Below, one piece after another: positions 48,878 to 59,038 of a stretch of 64,000 nucleotides of DNA. This DNA is from a virus (Duplodnaviria; Heunggongvirae; Uroviricota; Caudoviricetes). The DNA is taken from IMG/VR virus record IMGVR_UViG_649989924_000003. The stretch is one strand, 5' to 3'. The translations under genes and the position numbers were made by a program. Below the pieces are notes generated by a model. It worked only from the letters and a program-made list of their open reading frames with translations. It did not search any database and was not told the origin of the DNA. Position 1 is the first letter of the stretch; each line of letters starts with the position of its first letter.

Positions 48878-49348
48878 TTAACCCTTGTTGTACCAATGAT
48901 AGAATTCCTGCAAATGTATTGGATATATATTATCAGTCTTAAACAACTCCTGATAAATTCTCTCTATTTGATTACAGACAACTTCAGGAACAGGAATTTG
49001 TTTCAGGTATTGATTAAGAATCTTATTATCATCATTATCACCTACAAATAAATCCTCATAATTTCTTGTTAACTCCACTATATAAATCAGTTTAATATAC
49101 GCATTATTGCTATCAATCAGCAAGGTAATCTGATTATCACCATCTTTATCATAATCATAAAGATAATCACTGCCAATGAATCCACTCTCTAACAGTACTT
49201 TTGCAGAACTATCCTTGCACCAGACATAGAATTCACTTAATGAAGTTAAATTACAATATTTTTTATAATACTCTCTGATATTCTGATTATACAATCCTAT
49301 AGGAACATCTATCATCCATCCAAAAAATCTGTCACATTGAACATTCAT
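48878..49348 (-). CDS. Hypothetical protein
   Basis: ORF with RBS. Confidence 0.6.
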   Translation of the reverse strand: MNVQCDRFFGWMIDVPIGLYNQNIREYYKKYCNLTSLSEFYVWCKDSSAKVLLESGFIGSDYLYDYDKDGDNQITLLIDSNNAYIKLIYIVELTRNYEDLFVGDNDDNKILNQYLKQIPVPEVVCNQIERIYQELFKTDNIYPIHLQEFYHWYNKG

Positions 49349-49354
49349 TTTATT

Positions 49355-49430
49355 TCCTCCTTCACAACAAAAAAGAAGACCAATAGATAGTCTTCTTCAC
49401 TCGTATAATTTCATAGTTTTATTGTAACAT
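49355..49430 (-). promoter_or_regulatory. Promoter-ACGA-terminator leader, copy 11
   Basis: TGTTACAAT-16 nt-ACGAG-AAGAAGAC/GTCTTCTT-T-run-AGGAGG. Confidence 0.8.
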
Positions 49431-49570
49431 ATTTTTCCATTATGCATAAAAGACTCGCATAAAGCAAAAATATAAGTGTGCATTCTTCCTTTGTCATAAA
49501 TATCATTTGTTGTTATCAACATACTCTCTTTATCTCTTCATGAAAACTAAGAGTATTCATCATCTATCTC

Positions 49571-50314
49571 CTAATCAAATATATCTTGCTGACATCTTCT
49601 CAGTTTCATAACAACCTCTTTATCAGTTGTATTTCTAATGAGATTATCAATGATTTCATTTCGATAAAGTCTTGCATTCAAAAAAGTATAATACTCATAA
49701 TTGCCTTCTTTTAAAGTTTCATATATAAAATCAATCTTATGCAGAATACTTTGCTGGGCATCACAGCTGCTTTCCAAAGGCATTATTGTATAGTTTTCAA
49801 ATTCTTGTTTAACTTCAGTTGGATAGCCTCCATAGACTTCTACCATTGCATATTTTTCTTTATCATAATAGAAAGTATTTCCAAGAATCGTTTTATCATA
49901 GAATACTTTTTTTGTATCTAATAATGGAAACTTCTTTATCCACTGCTCTGCTGTACATATTACGTTGTATCCTTTTGTTCTTGAGTCAGCAATATCGTTA
50001 TCACTATGGATATCATCCAAACATAGCAATTCATCTATATAGTAACGATATCCTGAAATGCCCAAACTGTTTCTCATCTTTTCTCTTAGCCAGTCTGAAG
50101 AACTATCATAATTATAAGCTTCAATCTCTTCATTAAGTTCTTTTACATCATCTACATTATTAAGAATGATTCCAAACTGTTTTTTAGCACATGATTTGAT
50201 ATATCCTGTAAAGTCTGTCATTTCAAATTCATTAAGAAACTGTTCATAAAATCTTCTGTTAATATATGCAAAGTGCTGATTAAATAATAATATCTTTTTT
50301 CTTGATTCACTCAT
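49571..50314 (-). CDS. Hypothetical protein
   Basis: AGGAGG RBS before MSESRK. Confidence 0.6.
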   Translation of the reverse strand: MSESRKKILLFNQHFAYINRRFYEQFLNEFEMTDFTGYIKSCAKKQFGIILNNVDDVKELNEEIEAYNYDSSSDWLREKMRNSLGISGYRYYIDELLCLDDIHSDNDIADSRTKGYNVICTAEQWIKKFPLLDTKKVFYDKTILGNTFYYDKEKYAMVEVYGGYPTEVKQEFENYTIMPLESSCDAQQSILHKIDFIYETLKEGNYEYYTFLNARLYRNEIIDNLIRNTTDKEVVMKLRRCQQDIFD

Positions 50315-50624
50315 AATAAATCCTCCTACAAACATTTTATCATACCCAATTGAGTATGTAAATACATTTCTACTCAATTGGGTATGTTGTTTTAAGTAAT
50401 ATAAAAAAAGCTGAAACAAATCAAATTCTAGATAAATCTGTTTTCTCTAATAACTACTGATAGTCCTGATAAAGTATCTATAACATAGTCTGCATTGCTT
50501 CGCTTTTTGAAAAGTGAAACTCCTCAATTTATGATATATTCCTATGCTTTCCAGAAATAAAAAATAAATATTTTTTTTATGTGTACACTCAAGTCATGCT
50601 TGAATTTACACCTGATTTATGACA

Positions 50625-50894
50625 AAATAAAACTACGCAGAAAAGTCATTACTCTGCGTAGAGGTGAATTAGCCTTTGGCTTGCAGGATAAAACCTGCCT
50701 TAAAGAAAATGTTACCAAGTATTCTATTCATTGTTTTTGTAGATGTACTTGAATGCTTGGCAACAGAAAATACGTCACTTATTACTACAATTGTTTTCAC
50801 AAGCATTGTGGATGTGACTATCAAAGTTGTCTCATATTTTTGGAGACATGAGCCATAATAGGCATGGGAGCGAAAGCTCCTTTTTTCATGCTCT
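50625..50894 (-). ncRNA. Putative antisense antitoxin RNA
   Basis: TGATATAAT at 50901-50909 pointing left; CTACGCAG/CTGCGTAG-TTTTATTTT terminator at about 50661-50624. Confidence 0.5.
50676..50858 (+). CDS. Small hydrophobic peptide, putative type I toxin
   Basis: Own promoter (TTGAAT-17-TG.CAAAAT), a 5' hairpin next to the SD GAGGTG, two hydrophobic stretches, and a terminator at 50867-50886. Confidence 0.55.
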   Translation: MACRIKPALKKMLPSILFIVFVDVLECLATENTSLITTIVFTSIVDVTIKVVSYFWRHEP

Positions 50895-50931
50895 ATAACT
50901 ATTATATCATAATTTAAATAATATATGATTC

Positions 50932-51447
50932 TTATAAAATACCTTCCAATTCTATCACATCATCATACATAACATGGAAATTAGATATATGTCTATCTAT
51001 ATGATAGTGTCCCAGAAACCACTCCCTGTATTCCACATTATCCTGTATATATTGAAGGAATTTTGAGAGATTCTGATACTGTCCGTCATATGGCATCATG
51101 TTTTCCCAATCATATCCCAATAAGTCCTGTAATTCCCTTGAAGCATCATGTGTAATAATAAAATCAACCTTATTGTGGTGTTTTGTGAGATTATTCAGGG
51201 CATTATCTATTTCATCTTGTACAGGTAATTCACTCTGCCACCAGGAAACGCCTTCTTTTCTTCTATATATATCATGAGAAAATACTCCACCAAAAGTGAA
51301 GAATGAATATCCACCTATATTAAAGATTTCTCCTCGCATCAGATGAAAAATACTCTCATTAATCTTATGAATTCTTCCACCATTCCATTCTTCAACTGGA
51401 TATGAATTCAGTAAATCAAAATTCTCATGATTTCCATCAACAAACAA
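50932..51447 (-). pseudogene. Calcineurin-like metallophosphoesterase lacking its N-terminal part
   Basis: DGNHE, ITHD, GHYH present; DxH and GD motifs absent; frame closed upstream at the 51510 gene end. Confidence 0.65.
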
Positions 51448-51509
51448 TGTTGTCCATGACTGTTCATCTAACCATTTTTGCCACCATTTATCTTCGCGTG
51501 ATATCTTAA

Positions 51510-52241
51510 CTATTTTTCATTGATATCTAAAAATTCTTCTAAACTCTCATAATACATATCATCAATAATGTATCCATTCTTTATCTTTTTAATAGCAGCA
51601 CCTTTATCTAATGACTGGATAAGTACATTAAGAACCCCTGAAGATTCCTTCAATCTCTCATATTCTTCCTTATCTACTATTGTAATGGAATCAAAATCGA
51701 CTTCGCCATGAGTAGAGAAATGAATTGAATCTATTTCAATTGTATTCTCCATAAAATCCACTCTCATTTCTACATATTCCCCATTGCTTGTTTCAAATGT
51801 TTTAGCAAGTTTATATGTAGAGTCATATGTGAGTGGTTGGAGTGAAGCCTGATATTTCTCATATAATTCTTTTCCCTTTTCTAATGCGTTTTCATATGAG
51901 TCAGAAACTTGGTTAAGCATTGTACCAAAATAATCTGATTCTTTAAAAGAAGATAATGAAAATATTTCAGGTGGATTCATTTCAATTTTAATAGGATTAT
52001 AGCTGCATGACATTTCTCCTGTTACCTCCAAATTTTTAGTTTGAATTCCAATATGTGAAATGATAATATTACTATCCTGTATGGATATGCTATCATATGT
52101 GTTAATAATAGGAATTTCCATAATTTCTAAAAGGTAATAGTTGTTGCATAAATTTTTATAATTGACTATAAACTCTTTATTTGCATAACCTTGTCCTAGC
52201 CAATCAAGATACATTGCTAAATATTTTAATTCATTTTCCAT
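51510..52241 (-). CDS. Hypothetical protein
   Basis: 243-aa ORF with RBS. Confidence 0.6.
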   Translation of the reverse strand: MENELKYLAMYLDWLGQGYANKEFIVNYKNLCNNYYLLEIMEIPIINTYDSISIQDSNIIISHIGIQTKNLEVTGEMSCSYNPIKIEMNPPEIFSLSSFKESDYFGTMLNQVSDSYENALEKGKELYEKYQASLQPLTYDSTYKLAKTFETSNGEYVEMRVDFMENTIEIDSIHFSTHGEVDFDSITIVDKEEYERLKESSGVLNVLIQSLDKGAAIKKIKNGYIIDDMYYESLEEFLDINEK

Positions 52242-52257
52242 GTTTTTCTCCTTTCTA

Positions 52258-52446
52258 TCATTTTTTAATTCCTTTTAAATCAAAGTCCTTATAATAACCA
52301 TTCGGTACATAACATTTTGTAATACCTCTTTTATAACATCCCTTATTATTGCTATCTCCATGTCGGCATAAATCACAAACACATTTCACTTTCATTACTT
52401 TTTGTTCTCCTGACACATAACTTTTGCAAGCGTATTCTTTTTCCAT
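52258..52446 (-). CDS. Small Cys-rich hypothetical protein
   Basis: CVCDLC...C...C; RBS. Confidence 0.55.
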   Translation of the reverse strand: MEKEYACKSYVSGEQKVMKVKCVCDLCRHGDSNNKGCYKRGITKCYVPNGYYKDFDLKGIKK

Positions 52447-52452
52447 TTTTAG

Positions 52453-52534
52453 TCTCCTTTCAACAAAAAAAACTGTACTTCTGAATGAAATACAGTTTTT
52501 TTCTTCGTATATATTTACATTTATATTATATCAT
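52453..52534 (-). promoter_or_regulatory. Promoter-ACGA-terminator leader, copy 12
   Basis: TGATATAAT-16 nt-ACGAA-ACTGTA/TACAGT-T-run-AAGGAG. Confidence 0.8.
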
Positions 52535-52551
52535 ACCTTACAATTAAAATA

Positions 52552-53229
52552 TCAATTTAATTCTTTTTCAGTTTCCTCTAAAACCCCCATAAATTCCTCA
52601 TCATCCTTTTCAGGATAAAGAATCATAAAAGCTTCCTTAAGGTTTCTTTGAAGAATCAATTCATAAAAATTGAGTGCAGCATGGATAATAGAATCAATCT
52701 TTTTAGCATCTCTTAATACCTTCAAGGTTTGCTTATCATCATCAAATTCTATAACGACTAATGGACACTCCCATCCTCTTTGCATCCCACTAGGATAATA
52801 ATCAGGATAATGATAGGGTTCAATGAGTTTATTAAGGGTTTCAATTGTTGGTTTTCTAATATTCCATTCCCCATGAATAAATGGTGAATTGAAATTGACA
52901 GTATTTCCACCCTCTGGATAATCATGATAAGCTTTTTGATAACGTAAAATCTGATAGATATCATAGGCTCTTTTTGCAATAAATGGAGTATCTATATTCC
53001 AAATGCCTAAAGAAATGTTAAAATCACTTCTAGCTAAGTGTGGAATACAAATATCTCTTAGCTTCTTCAAGTTTTTTATAAGATATGAGCATCGAAGGTC
53101 ATAGAATGAATACTGGTATCCATAAATTTTTATTGTTTCTTCATATTGCCCACATAAAACTCTTGAATATAAGTCCAAAGCATTTAATATGTGATTTAAT
53201 TCATCATAACTATATGTTTTTTCTCTCAT
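52552..53229 (-). CDS. Hypothetical protein
   Basis: ORF with RBS. Confidence 0.6.
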   Translation of the reverse strand: MREKTYSYDELNHILNALDLYSRVLCGQYEETIKIYGYQYSFYDLRCSYLIKNLKKLRDICIPHLARSDFNISLGIWNIDTPFIAKRAYDIYQILRYQKAYHDYPEGGNTVNFNSPFIHGEWNIRKPTIETLNKLIEPYHYPDYYPSGMQRGWECPLVVIEFDDDKQTLKVLRDAKKIDSIIHAALNFYELILQRNLKEAFMILYPEKDDEEFMGVLEETEKELN

Positions 53230-53315
53230 AAATCCTCCTATATTTGTGCTTGCAGTTCATTGAATTGAGTAAAAATATAATTCTTTCCAATACCACCAAA
53301 TTTTATAGTTATATT

Positions 53316-53621
53316 TTAATCTCCATTTCTATTTTTGCCAACAACAGCAAATGAAGTGGCTGCTGTCTTATATTTATATCCATTGCTATATGCAACTTCT
53401 CTAAGTTTCTGAAAACTAGATAACTCCGCCTTTTTCATATTGAGTCCATCAATATCTGCTTCTAATAAATGTATATCATCTTCTAGCTTTTGTTTATGTA
53501 TATTGCTTGAAGCCAGATATGAATTTGTTATAGTCATGCCAAAAACAAATAATATAGATGAAACTATGAATATCTTTTTTGTAAATCTTGTAAATCTGCA
53601 CCCTTTCTTCTTTCTTTTCAT
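53316..53621 (-). CDS. FtsL-like cell-division protein homolog
   Basis: Basic cytoplasmic tail, one TM segment, leucine heptads, KLREVAYSNGY. Confidence 0.55.
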   Translation of the reverse strand: MKRKKKGCRFTRFTKKIFIVSSILFVFGMTITNSYLASSNIHKQKLEDDIHLLEADIDGLNMKKAELSSFQKLREVAYSNGYKYKTAATSFAVVGKNRNGD

Positions 53622-53629
53622 ATTCTATT

Positions 53630-53697
53630 CTCCATAAAGAAAAAAAGCCTAGCAACAGCTAGCCTTCATTTCGTTTCATATATATTTATTTTATCAT
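53630..53697 (-). promoter_or_regulatory. Promoter-ACGA-terminator leader, copy 13
   Basis: TGATAAAAT-13 nt-ACGAA-AAGGCTAGC/GCTAGGCTT-T-run. Confidence 0.75.
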
Positions 53698-53775
53698 ACA
53701 ATTAACTTATTGTATGGATTTCTTTTTTTAGATTCTATTTCTTGTTCTTATTTAATAACCTTTCCAGTTTTCCAT

Positions 53776-54063
53776 CTATTCTTTTTTTCTTTCTACAGTT
53801 TCATCTTGAAGTTTTGTGTAGCGTCCTTGATAGATAAGAATGACATCATTTTCTTGAACATCTGGCATAAATGACTGCTTATAATATTCAAATTCTCCAT
53901 GTTCATCCTCACATTTTAAATAGCCATCTTCAATAGCTTCAACAATATATTTTTGTGGATGTTCACGAACCTTGAAATCCTCTAAATTTCTCTGACAATT
54001 CTGGAATTCCCTTAATGGCCATGCTATATCAGGATTCTCTTCATACATCTTTTCTTTGCTCAT
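53776..54063 (-). CDS. Hypothetical protein, C-terminal half DUF3006-like
   Basis: YIVEAIEDGYLKCED...DVQENDVI; adjacent to the ComEC-like gene. Confidence 0.5.
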   Translation of the reverse strand: MSKEKMYEENPDIAWPLREFQNCQRNLEDFKVREHPQKYIVEAIEDGYLKCEDEHGEFEYYKQSFMPDVQENDVILIYQGRYTKLQDETVERKKE

Positions 54064-54075
54064 AATATCCTCCTT

Positions 54076-54971
54076 CTACTTCTTATATAAATTCCCTGAA
54101 TATTCTTTTTCAGTTTGAATAGTATAATGATTTCCATCATCAGTTAAAATAACTGTACCCTGCTTATCTGTTCGATATAACTGGATATTCAATGATTTAA
54201 GTAAATCCAAAGTCTCTATATGTGGGTGTCCATAACGTGGAGCATCCTCCTTATTGCTTGAAATAATCACTGTCTGTGGAGAGATTTTCTTTAGAAATTG
54301 GGAAGAGTTACTTGTTGATGACCCATGATGTCCTGCCTGATAGACTGTTGACTTCAGTTGGTTTCCCCACTTCTTAATTAACTCCTTTTCAACTCCAGAC
54401 TCAGCATCCCCAGTAAAAAGATATGAATTATTTCCATGAGTAAGTTTTAAAATGATTGAAGAATCATTTAAATCCTTATACTTTTTCAAAGGACCATAAA
54501 ACTTGATATTAATATCTCCCAATGTTAATTCTTCACCTACATCAGGAATCCTTACACTAATATTCCTATCATCTAAGACATCCAATAAGCTTTCATATAT
54601 CTTCGAAGAGGAAGTTGTATTGCTTATATAAAAAGTATCACATTCAAAAGCTTTTAATATCTCTGGAAATCCTCCAACATGGTCTTCATGGGCATGTGTC
54701 CCAACAGCGATATCTATTTTATTTACATTTTTCTTTTGTAGAAAATCAATCATAAGCTGACTATCTGCCTTATTCCCAGCATCAATGAGAATATTAAAGT
54801 CATTGCCTTGAATAAGTGTTGCATCCGCCTGCCCCACATCAATATAGGAAATTTGAATATTGCCTGTTGCTAATGATTCCTGTTTTCCCATCTGTTTTTC
54901 GCAGCCAAATAGTGAAGTTGCTATGAAACAAATAACAACTAACAACGTTACTTTTTTTATTACCTTTCTCA
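54076..54971 (-). CDS. ComEC/Rec2-like metallo-beta-lactamase-fold lipoprotein
   Basis: Lipobox LFG-C; IDVGQADA, THAHEDHVGG, LNDSS, FTGDAE, GHHGS, YGHPH. Confidence 0.9.
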
Positions 54972-55051
54972 TAAAATTCTCCTTATTTGGAAATATTCTT
55001 TGTCTGTTAACTTCATCATACATAAAATAGTCAGATATTTCAATTGTCAAA

Positions 55052-55276
55052 TTATGAAAGTGTATCATAATCATGTTCTTCAAAAATAGAGTAGTGAATC
55101 GTAAGTCCATCATCATATAAAAGAGTGGTTCCCTTGATAGTACACTGCCCCCAAGATTTTAGTCTTTTATTATGAAGCTGCTTTTTAACATATCGTTCTG
55201 CTTCATTCATTGTTGAATATGGCTTACTTTTTTCTGATTCTCCTCTATTTGAAGTCTTTATCACATAATATTTCAT
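55052..55276 (-). CDS. Hypothetical protein
   Basis: ORF with RBS. Confidence 0.55.
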   Translation of the reverse strand: MKYYVIKTSNRGESEKSKPYSTMNEAERYVKKQLHNKRLKSWGQCTIKGTTLLYDDGLTIHYSIFEEHDYDTLS

Positions 55277-55283
55277 AATATTT

Positions 55284-55363
55284 TCCTCCTTCTACAACAA
55301 AAAACTACTTCCTTTTGGAAATAGTCTTCTTATCGTTATAATATTACACTTATATTGTAGCAT
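55284..55363 (-). promoter_or_regulatory. Promoter-ACGA-terminator leader, copy 14
   Basis: TGCTACAAT-17 nt-ACGAT, hairpin, T6G, AGGAGG. Confidence 0.75.
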
Positions 55364-55396
55364 AATTTGTTTATATTCACTGGAATAAGTCTATCT

Positions 55397-56236
55397 TCAT
55401 TCTCTTTTTTTCAATATGATTTTTATATGTGTGAAACAGTCTAATTCTATATCAAATTCATTCTTCACATATTCTTTAATATAGGGTAAAAGATAACTAT
55501 TTTCATATACAATATCATAACAATCGGGAATAACTCTCTTCAACTCATCTACACTTAAGGGGAAATAATTTTCTTTTGATTCTCTATCCCAATTTTCAAT
55601 ATAATGATATTTCATTAGGAAATGTGTAATAATTTGATAAGAGATGTTTCCAGAGTAAATCTTCCTATAATCTTTCCATAACTTTTCAAGATTGTTAGCT
55701 ACAATCCCCCTCATGAATTTCTCCTCAAATTCCTGAAAACTCTCAAATTGAAACGGATATTCTCTGTCTGTTGCAAAACACATATTCCTGATAGCAATTT
55801 TGTCAAAGCCTATACCAAAAACATTCTTCCAAAATTCCTCAATATCCTCTTTGCTTCCATAGGAATAAACTTCATGGATGACTGAGGATAAGTTCAGGAT
55901 TTCATCATGTGTTTGATATTCTTGAGTATATGGGTAGATGTTAAAAGCATTATCTTTAATCAATTTTAATATTTCAAACACTCTTGAATGAGACAAATAA
56001 ACATTATTATTTCCTAATTTTTGTTTTGCTAATTCTAGCATGTTTTCATCAATATCATAGCCATAGATAACTGCATCAGGATAAATGTCTTTAATATATT
56101 TAGCTAAAGTACCATCTGCACAGCCATAATCAATAAGCAATGTAGATTTTTTAAGAAAGGGAAGAAAAAACAATTTATCTTCCATACCTGCTGACATTCT
56201 TGAATTATATACTGCCATATCTTTAATATTTTCCAT
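55397..56236 (-). CDS. Class I SAM-dependent methyltransferase
   Basis: LIDYGCADG, GYDID, LSSVIHE. Confidence 0.8.
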   Translation of the reverse strand: MENIKDMAVYNSRMSAGMEDKLFFLPFLKKSTLLIDYGCADGTLAKYIKDIYPDAVIYGYDIDENMLELAKQKLGNNNVYLSHSRVFEILKLIKDNAFNIYPYTQEYQTHDEILNLSSVIHEVYSYGSKEDIEEFWKNVFGIGFDKIAIRNMCFATDREYPFQFESFQEFEEKFMRGIVANNLEKLWKDYRKIYSGNISYQIITHFLMKYHYIENWDRESKENYFPLSVDELKRVIPDCYDIVYENSYLLPYIKEYVKNEFDIELDCFTHIKIILKKRE

Positions 56237-56240
56237 TTTG

Positions 56241-56320
56241 TCCTCCTTCTGCAACAAAAAAGACCACATTTCCATGTAGTCTCTCATTGCTCGTATATAT
56301 TTACATTTCTATTTTACCAT
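56241..56320 (-). promoter_or_regulatory. Promoter-ACGA-terminator leader, copy 15
   Basis: TGGTAAAAT-16 nt-ACGAG, AGAC/GTCT stem, T-run, AGGAGG. Confidence 0.8.
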
Positions 56321-56399
56321 AGATTTAGGTATTTAGAACTCCTTCTATCATTCATATTCCTAAAAAAGACATATCATTTAAGACATGTCTTTAATCGTT

Positions 56400-56816
56400 C
56401 TATAAAATTTTCTTTTCTAAATAACATTCCCTAATATAACTTCTTGGCTGCCAGTATATAGGCAGCTCTGTATTATCAAGATAGTCACAAATCCAGGAAT
56501 GATAGACTTCTATTAGCTTATCAAACCAGTTGGAATCATCAGAAATATCAATAATCAGTCTCTGATAAACCTTCCCATTATCCCACACGGATACGGTTTG
56601 AGAAGTCCCAATTTCTTTTACAGGAAGATGATTACTTTCTATAACTTCTTCAGTTACCTGTAAAATAGGCAAGCAATGATTGACATCAGCGTAATTATAC
56701 AGATGTTTAAGTTGCTTTAAGCCAATTTTATCAATGATTTCCTTTTTCTTGAGACCAGTTTTTCTAGATATGGATTCGAGTAAACTACAAATGTAAAAAA
56801 GATTGTTTCTATTCAT
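56400..56816 (-). CDS. Conserved partner of DUF3990 proteins
   Basis: LFYICSLLESISRKT...YQRLI; overlaps the DUF3990 stop. Confidence 0.55.
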   Translation of the reverse strand: MNRNNLFYICSLLESISRKTGLKKKEIIDKIGLKQLKHLYNYADVNHCLPILQVTEEVIESNHLPVKEIGTSQTVSVWDNGKVYQRLIIDISDDSNWFDKLIEVYHSWICDYLDNTELPIYWQPRSYIRECYLEKKIL

Positions 56817-57300
56817 CTCTTGTCACCTCTTTTGATTCCAGATATGTTAGACAAGACAACGCTTTAATTGTATGAAAACTTATTTGATGAGTTGGTTTCT
56901 TAAATTTTGCTAATTCCATAAAAGCTTCCTTACTAATTGTTCCATCAAGATAATCTTCTACATAGTTATAGATTGTATCATCAGCCATTGGCCCTTCTAT
57001 AATATCATAATTATGAGTTTTCCCACTTCTACAATCAGCTATAAAATCAAGCCATTCATAGGAAATTTCATCAAATCTCTTAATATTCAAATCATCTCGG
57101 GGAACATACTCAAAGCAGTTGAGGTATCCCATACCGTCTATTCTTGTTGCCCAAATAATTGCCTGTTCATCTAAAATAGTACAGTAGAATCCCCATGAAA
57201 AATCCTTGGTAAATCTTGTTTTTCTAATCTCTGGTTCAGAGACTTTTTCTTTACTGCCATGATAAACTATCATTTTATCCATTGTACCAGCTCCTTTCAC
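56809..57300 (-). CDS. DUF3990-family protein (ART-like fold)
   Basis: VYHGS, KDFSWGFY, WLDFIADCR, YDIIEGPMADD, HQISFHT. Confidence 0.8.
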   Translation of the reverse strand: MKGAGTMDKMIVYHGSKEKVSEPEIRKTRFTKDFSWGFYCTILDEQAIIWATRIDGMGYLNCFEYVPRDDLNIKRFDEISYEWLDFIADCRSGKTHNYDIIEGPMADDTIYNYVEDYLDGTISKEAFMELAKFKKPTHQISFHTIKALSCLTYLESKEVTRDE

Positions 57301-57568
57301 TATATTTATATATAACTAGCATTCAATACTTATTCTAACTCCTTTTTCAACTTCTTTTTTATAGTATATCATTTTTATTTCTGTATATCCAATTTTATAA
57401 ACAAAAAGCCTCATAAACAGAGACTTTTAATTTCTATTTAACTTCCTTCCTTTAAGAACGCTTTTAATATCCTTTCCAATAATCTCAAAATCCTTTGCTA
57501 AAGCTTTTTTGTCAATTTCTGAGGCTTTCAATGACAGACAATTCCTCTTAAACTCCCATAATATCTCT

Positions 57569-57871
57569 TTATAATCCATCATATGTAACTCCAGCACTCT
57601 TCAAATAATCCTTTAACATCTTTTCTTCTTCTAATGTCATCTCAGACTTATCATTTTCTTTTGCTAACTCCACAAACTGCATAATCGCTGCCTTGTTTGT
57701 AAAGATATCACCATCTGGCCCATTTCTTAAGGAATATTTTCTATGATGAGTATTTTTATGGATTCGTAAGAGATGATATTTTTCAGTTTGATAAAGGGAG
57801 TAGGGAGTATTTTGAAGGTGTTTATTGCCTAACTTCATAAAATCACTTGTTGATATATTTTTGTTTTCCAT
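57569..57871 (-). CDS. Hypothetical protein
   Basis: ORF with RBS. Confidence 0.55.
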   Translation of the reverse strand: MENKNISTSDFMKLGNKHLQNTPYSLYQTEKYHLLRIHKNTHHRKYSLRNGPDGDIFTNKAAIMQFVELAKENDKSEMTLEEEKMLKDYLKSAGVTYDGL

Positions 57872-57945
57872 AATTTTTCTCCTTATATTTCATTATTTTA
57901 TTTCCAGTCTAATACGTCTAATAGCCAAACTATCATAAAGTTTCA

Positions 57946-58149
57946 TCACTTATCTTTATCCTCACTGTTCTTTACAAGAATTGCGACATAAATATCATTT
58001 GTTACCAGATAACAGCCACTTGCTGATTTTCCAGCAACTTGAATGGCACTGCTTGTAGAAGAAACTGTCCATCCATCTGCTAAGTACTTATTGACTTTAT
58101 TCTCAAAATGATATTCATTATTGTCTTTAATAACTTTAATTTTTTCCAC
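57946..58149 (-). CDS. Hypothetical protein
   Basis: ORF with RBS. Confidence 0.55.
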   Translation of the reverse strand: MEKIKVIKDNNEYHFENKVNKYLADGWTVSSTSSAIQVAGKSASGCYLVTNDIYVAILVKNSEDKDK

Positions 58150-58170
58150 TGTTTGTCTCCTTTTATTGTT

Positions 58171-58512
58171 TTAAATAATAATATTTTTTATTCCATCATC
58201 TTTAGCCAATGGTTTTTTCGCTTTATAATTTTGAATAATTTCTTTTTCAAAACATAATTCTTTGAAACCATTAACTTTAACATCTCTAAATGGGCTTGCC
58301 CATACATTAAATTCAACTTCTTGAATAGACGTTAATTTTTTATCATTGACATAAAGACATTTATCTTTAATTGTAAATCCATTTTCAATAGAGTGTAAAT
58401 ATTTTATGTCTACTAAAGAATATTTATATTCATCTCCTGAATAGCTTATTGCATCCAATAATATATAAACCTTCCCATTTTTTTCTACAAATGATATAGA
58501 TATATTTTTCAT
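58171..58512 (-). CDS. Hypothetical protein
   Basis: ORF with RBS. Confidence 0.55.
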   Translation of the reverse strand: MKNISISFVEKNGKVYILLDAISYSGDEYKYSLVDIKYLHSIENGFTIKDKCLYVNDKKLTSIQEVEFNVWASPFRDVKVNGFKELCFEKEIIQNYKAKKPLAKDDGIKNIII

Positions 58513-58573
58513 AATTTTCCCCTTTTCTTATTTCTTTGATATTAAATCGTTTTTCTTCAATATTGTCCATTGA

Positions 58574-59038
58574 TTATAAATATATATCAACACGACACAC
58601 AATTTTATCCCCATAGCAATTCTTTCCAACCTTAATATGAACTGCTGGTTTGTTTTTATTTTCCAGTGGATAATGAATAATATATGGAGAATCAATAATA
58701 TATTTGATATCCCCAATTTGAAATATAATATTTTGTCCATTTATACTGATTTTTTCAACAATAAAACAACAGCATTCTTTATCCTCAATATAGGAAACAA
58801 TTTTATTGATTTTGTAGCTATCGTACAGACTATAAAAAAGATAAATAGATATCCCTACAAGAAATCCCAAGAAAGAATATACCTCCATACTTTTGTTAAC
58901 AAGGGTTAAAAGTGTTAATAGTATCATATAAATAATAACCACAAAACCCACAAAACTACTTTTGGCTATATGATTTTCTTTTCTTTGTTTATATGCTTCA
59001 TAAAAATTTATTTCTTTCATATTTTCAATTCCTCCCAT
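58574..59038 (-). CDS. Membrane protein with two TMs
   Basis: Hydrophobicity pattern. Confidence 0.55.
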   Translation of the reverse strand: MGGIENMKEINFYEAYKQRKENHIAKSSFVGFVVIIYMILLTLLTLVNKSMEVYSFLGFLVGISIYLFYSLYDSYKINKIVSYIEDKECCCFIVEKISINGQNIIFQIGDIKYIIDSPYIIHYPLENKNKPAVHIKVGKNCYGDKIVCRVDIYL

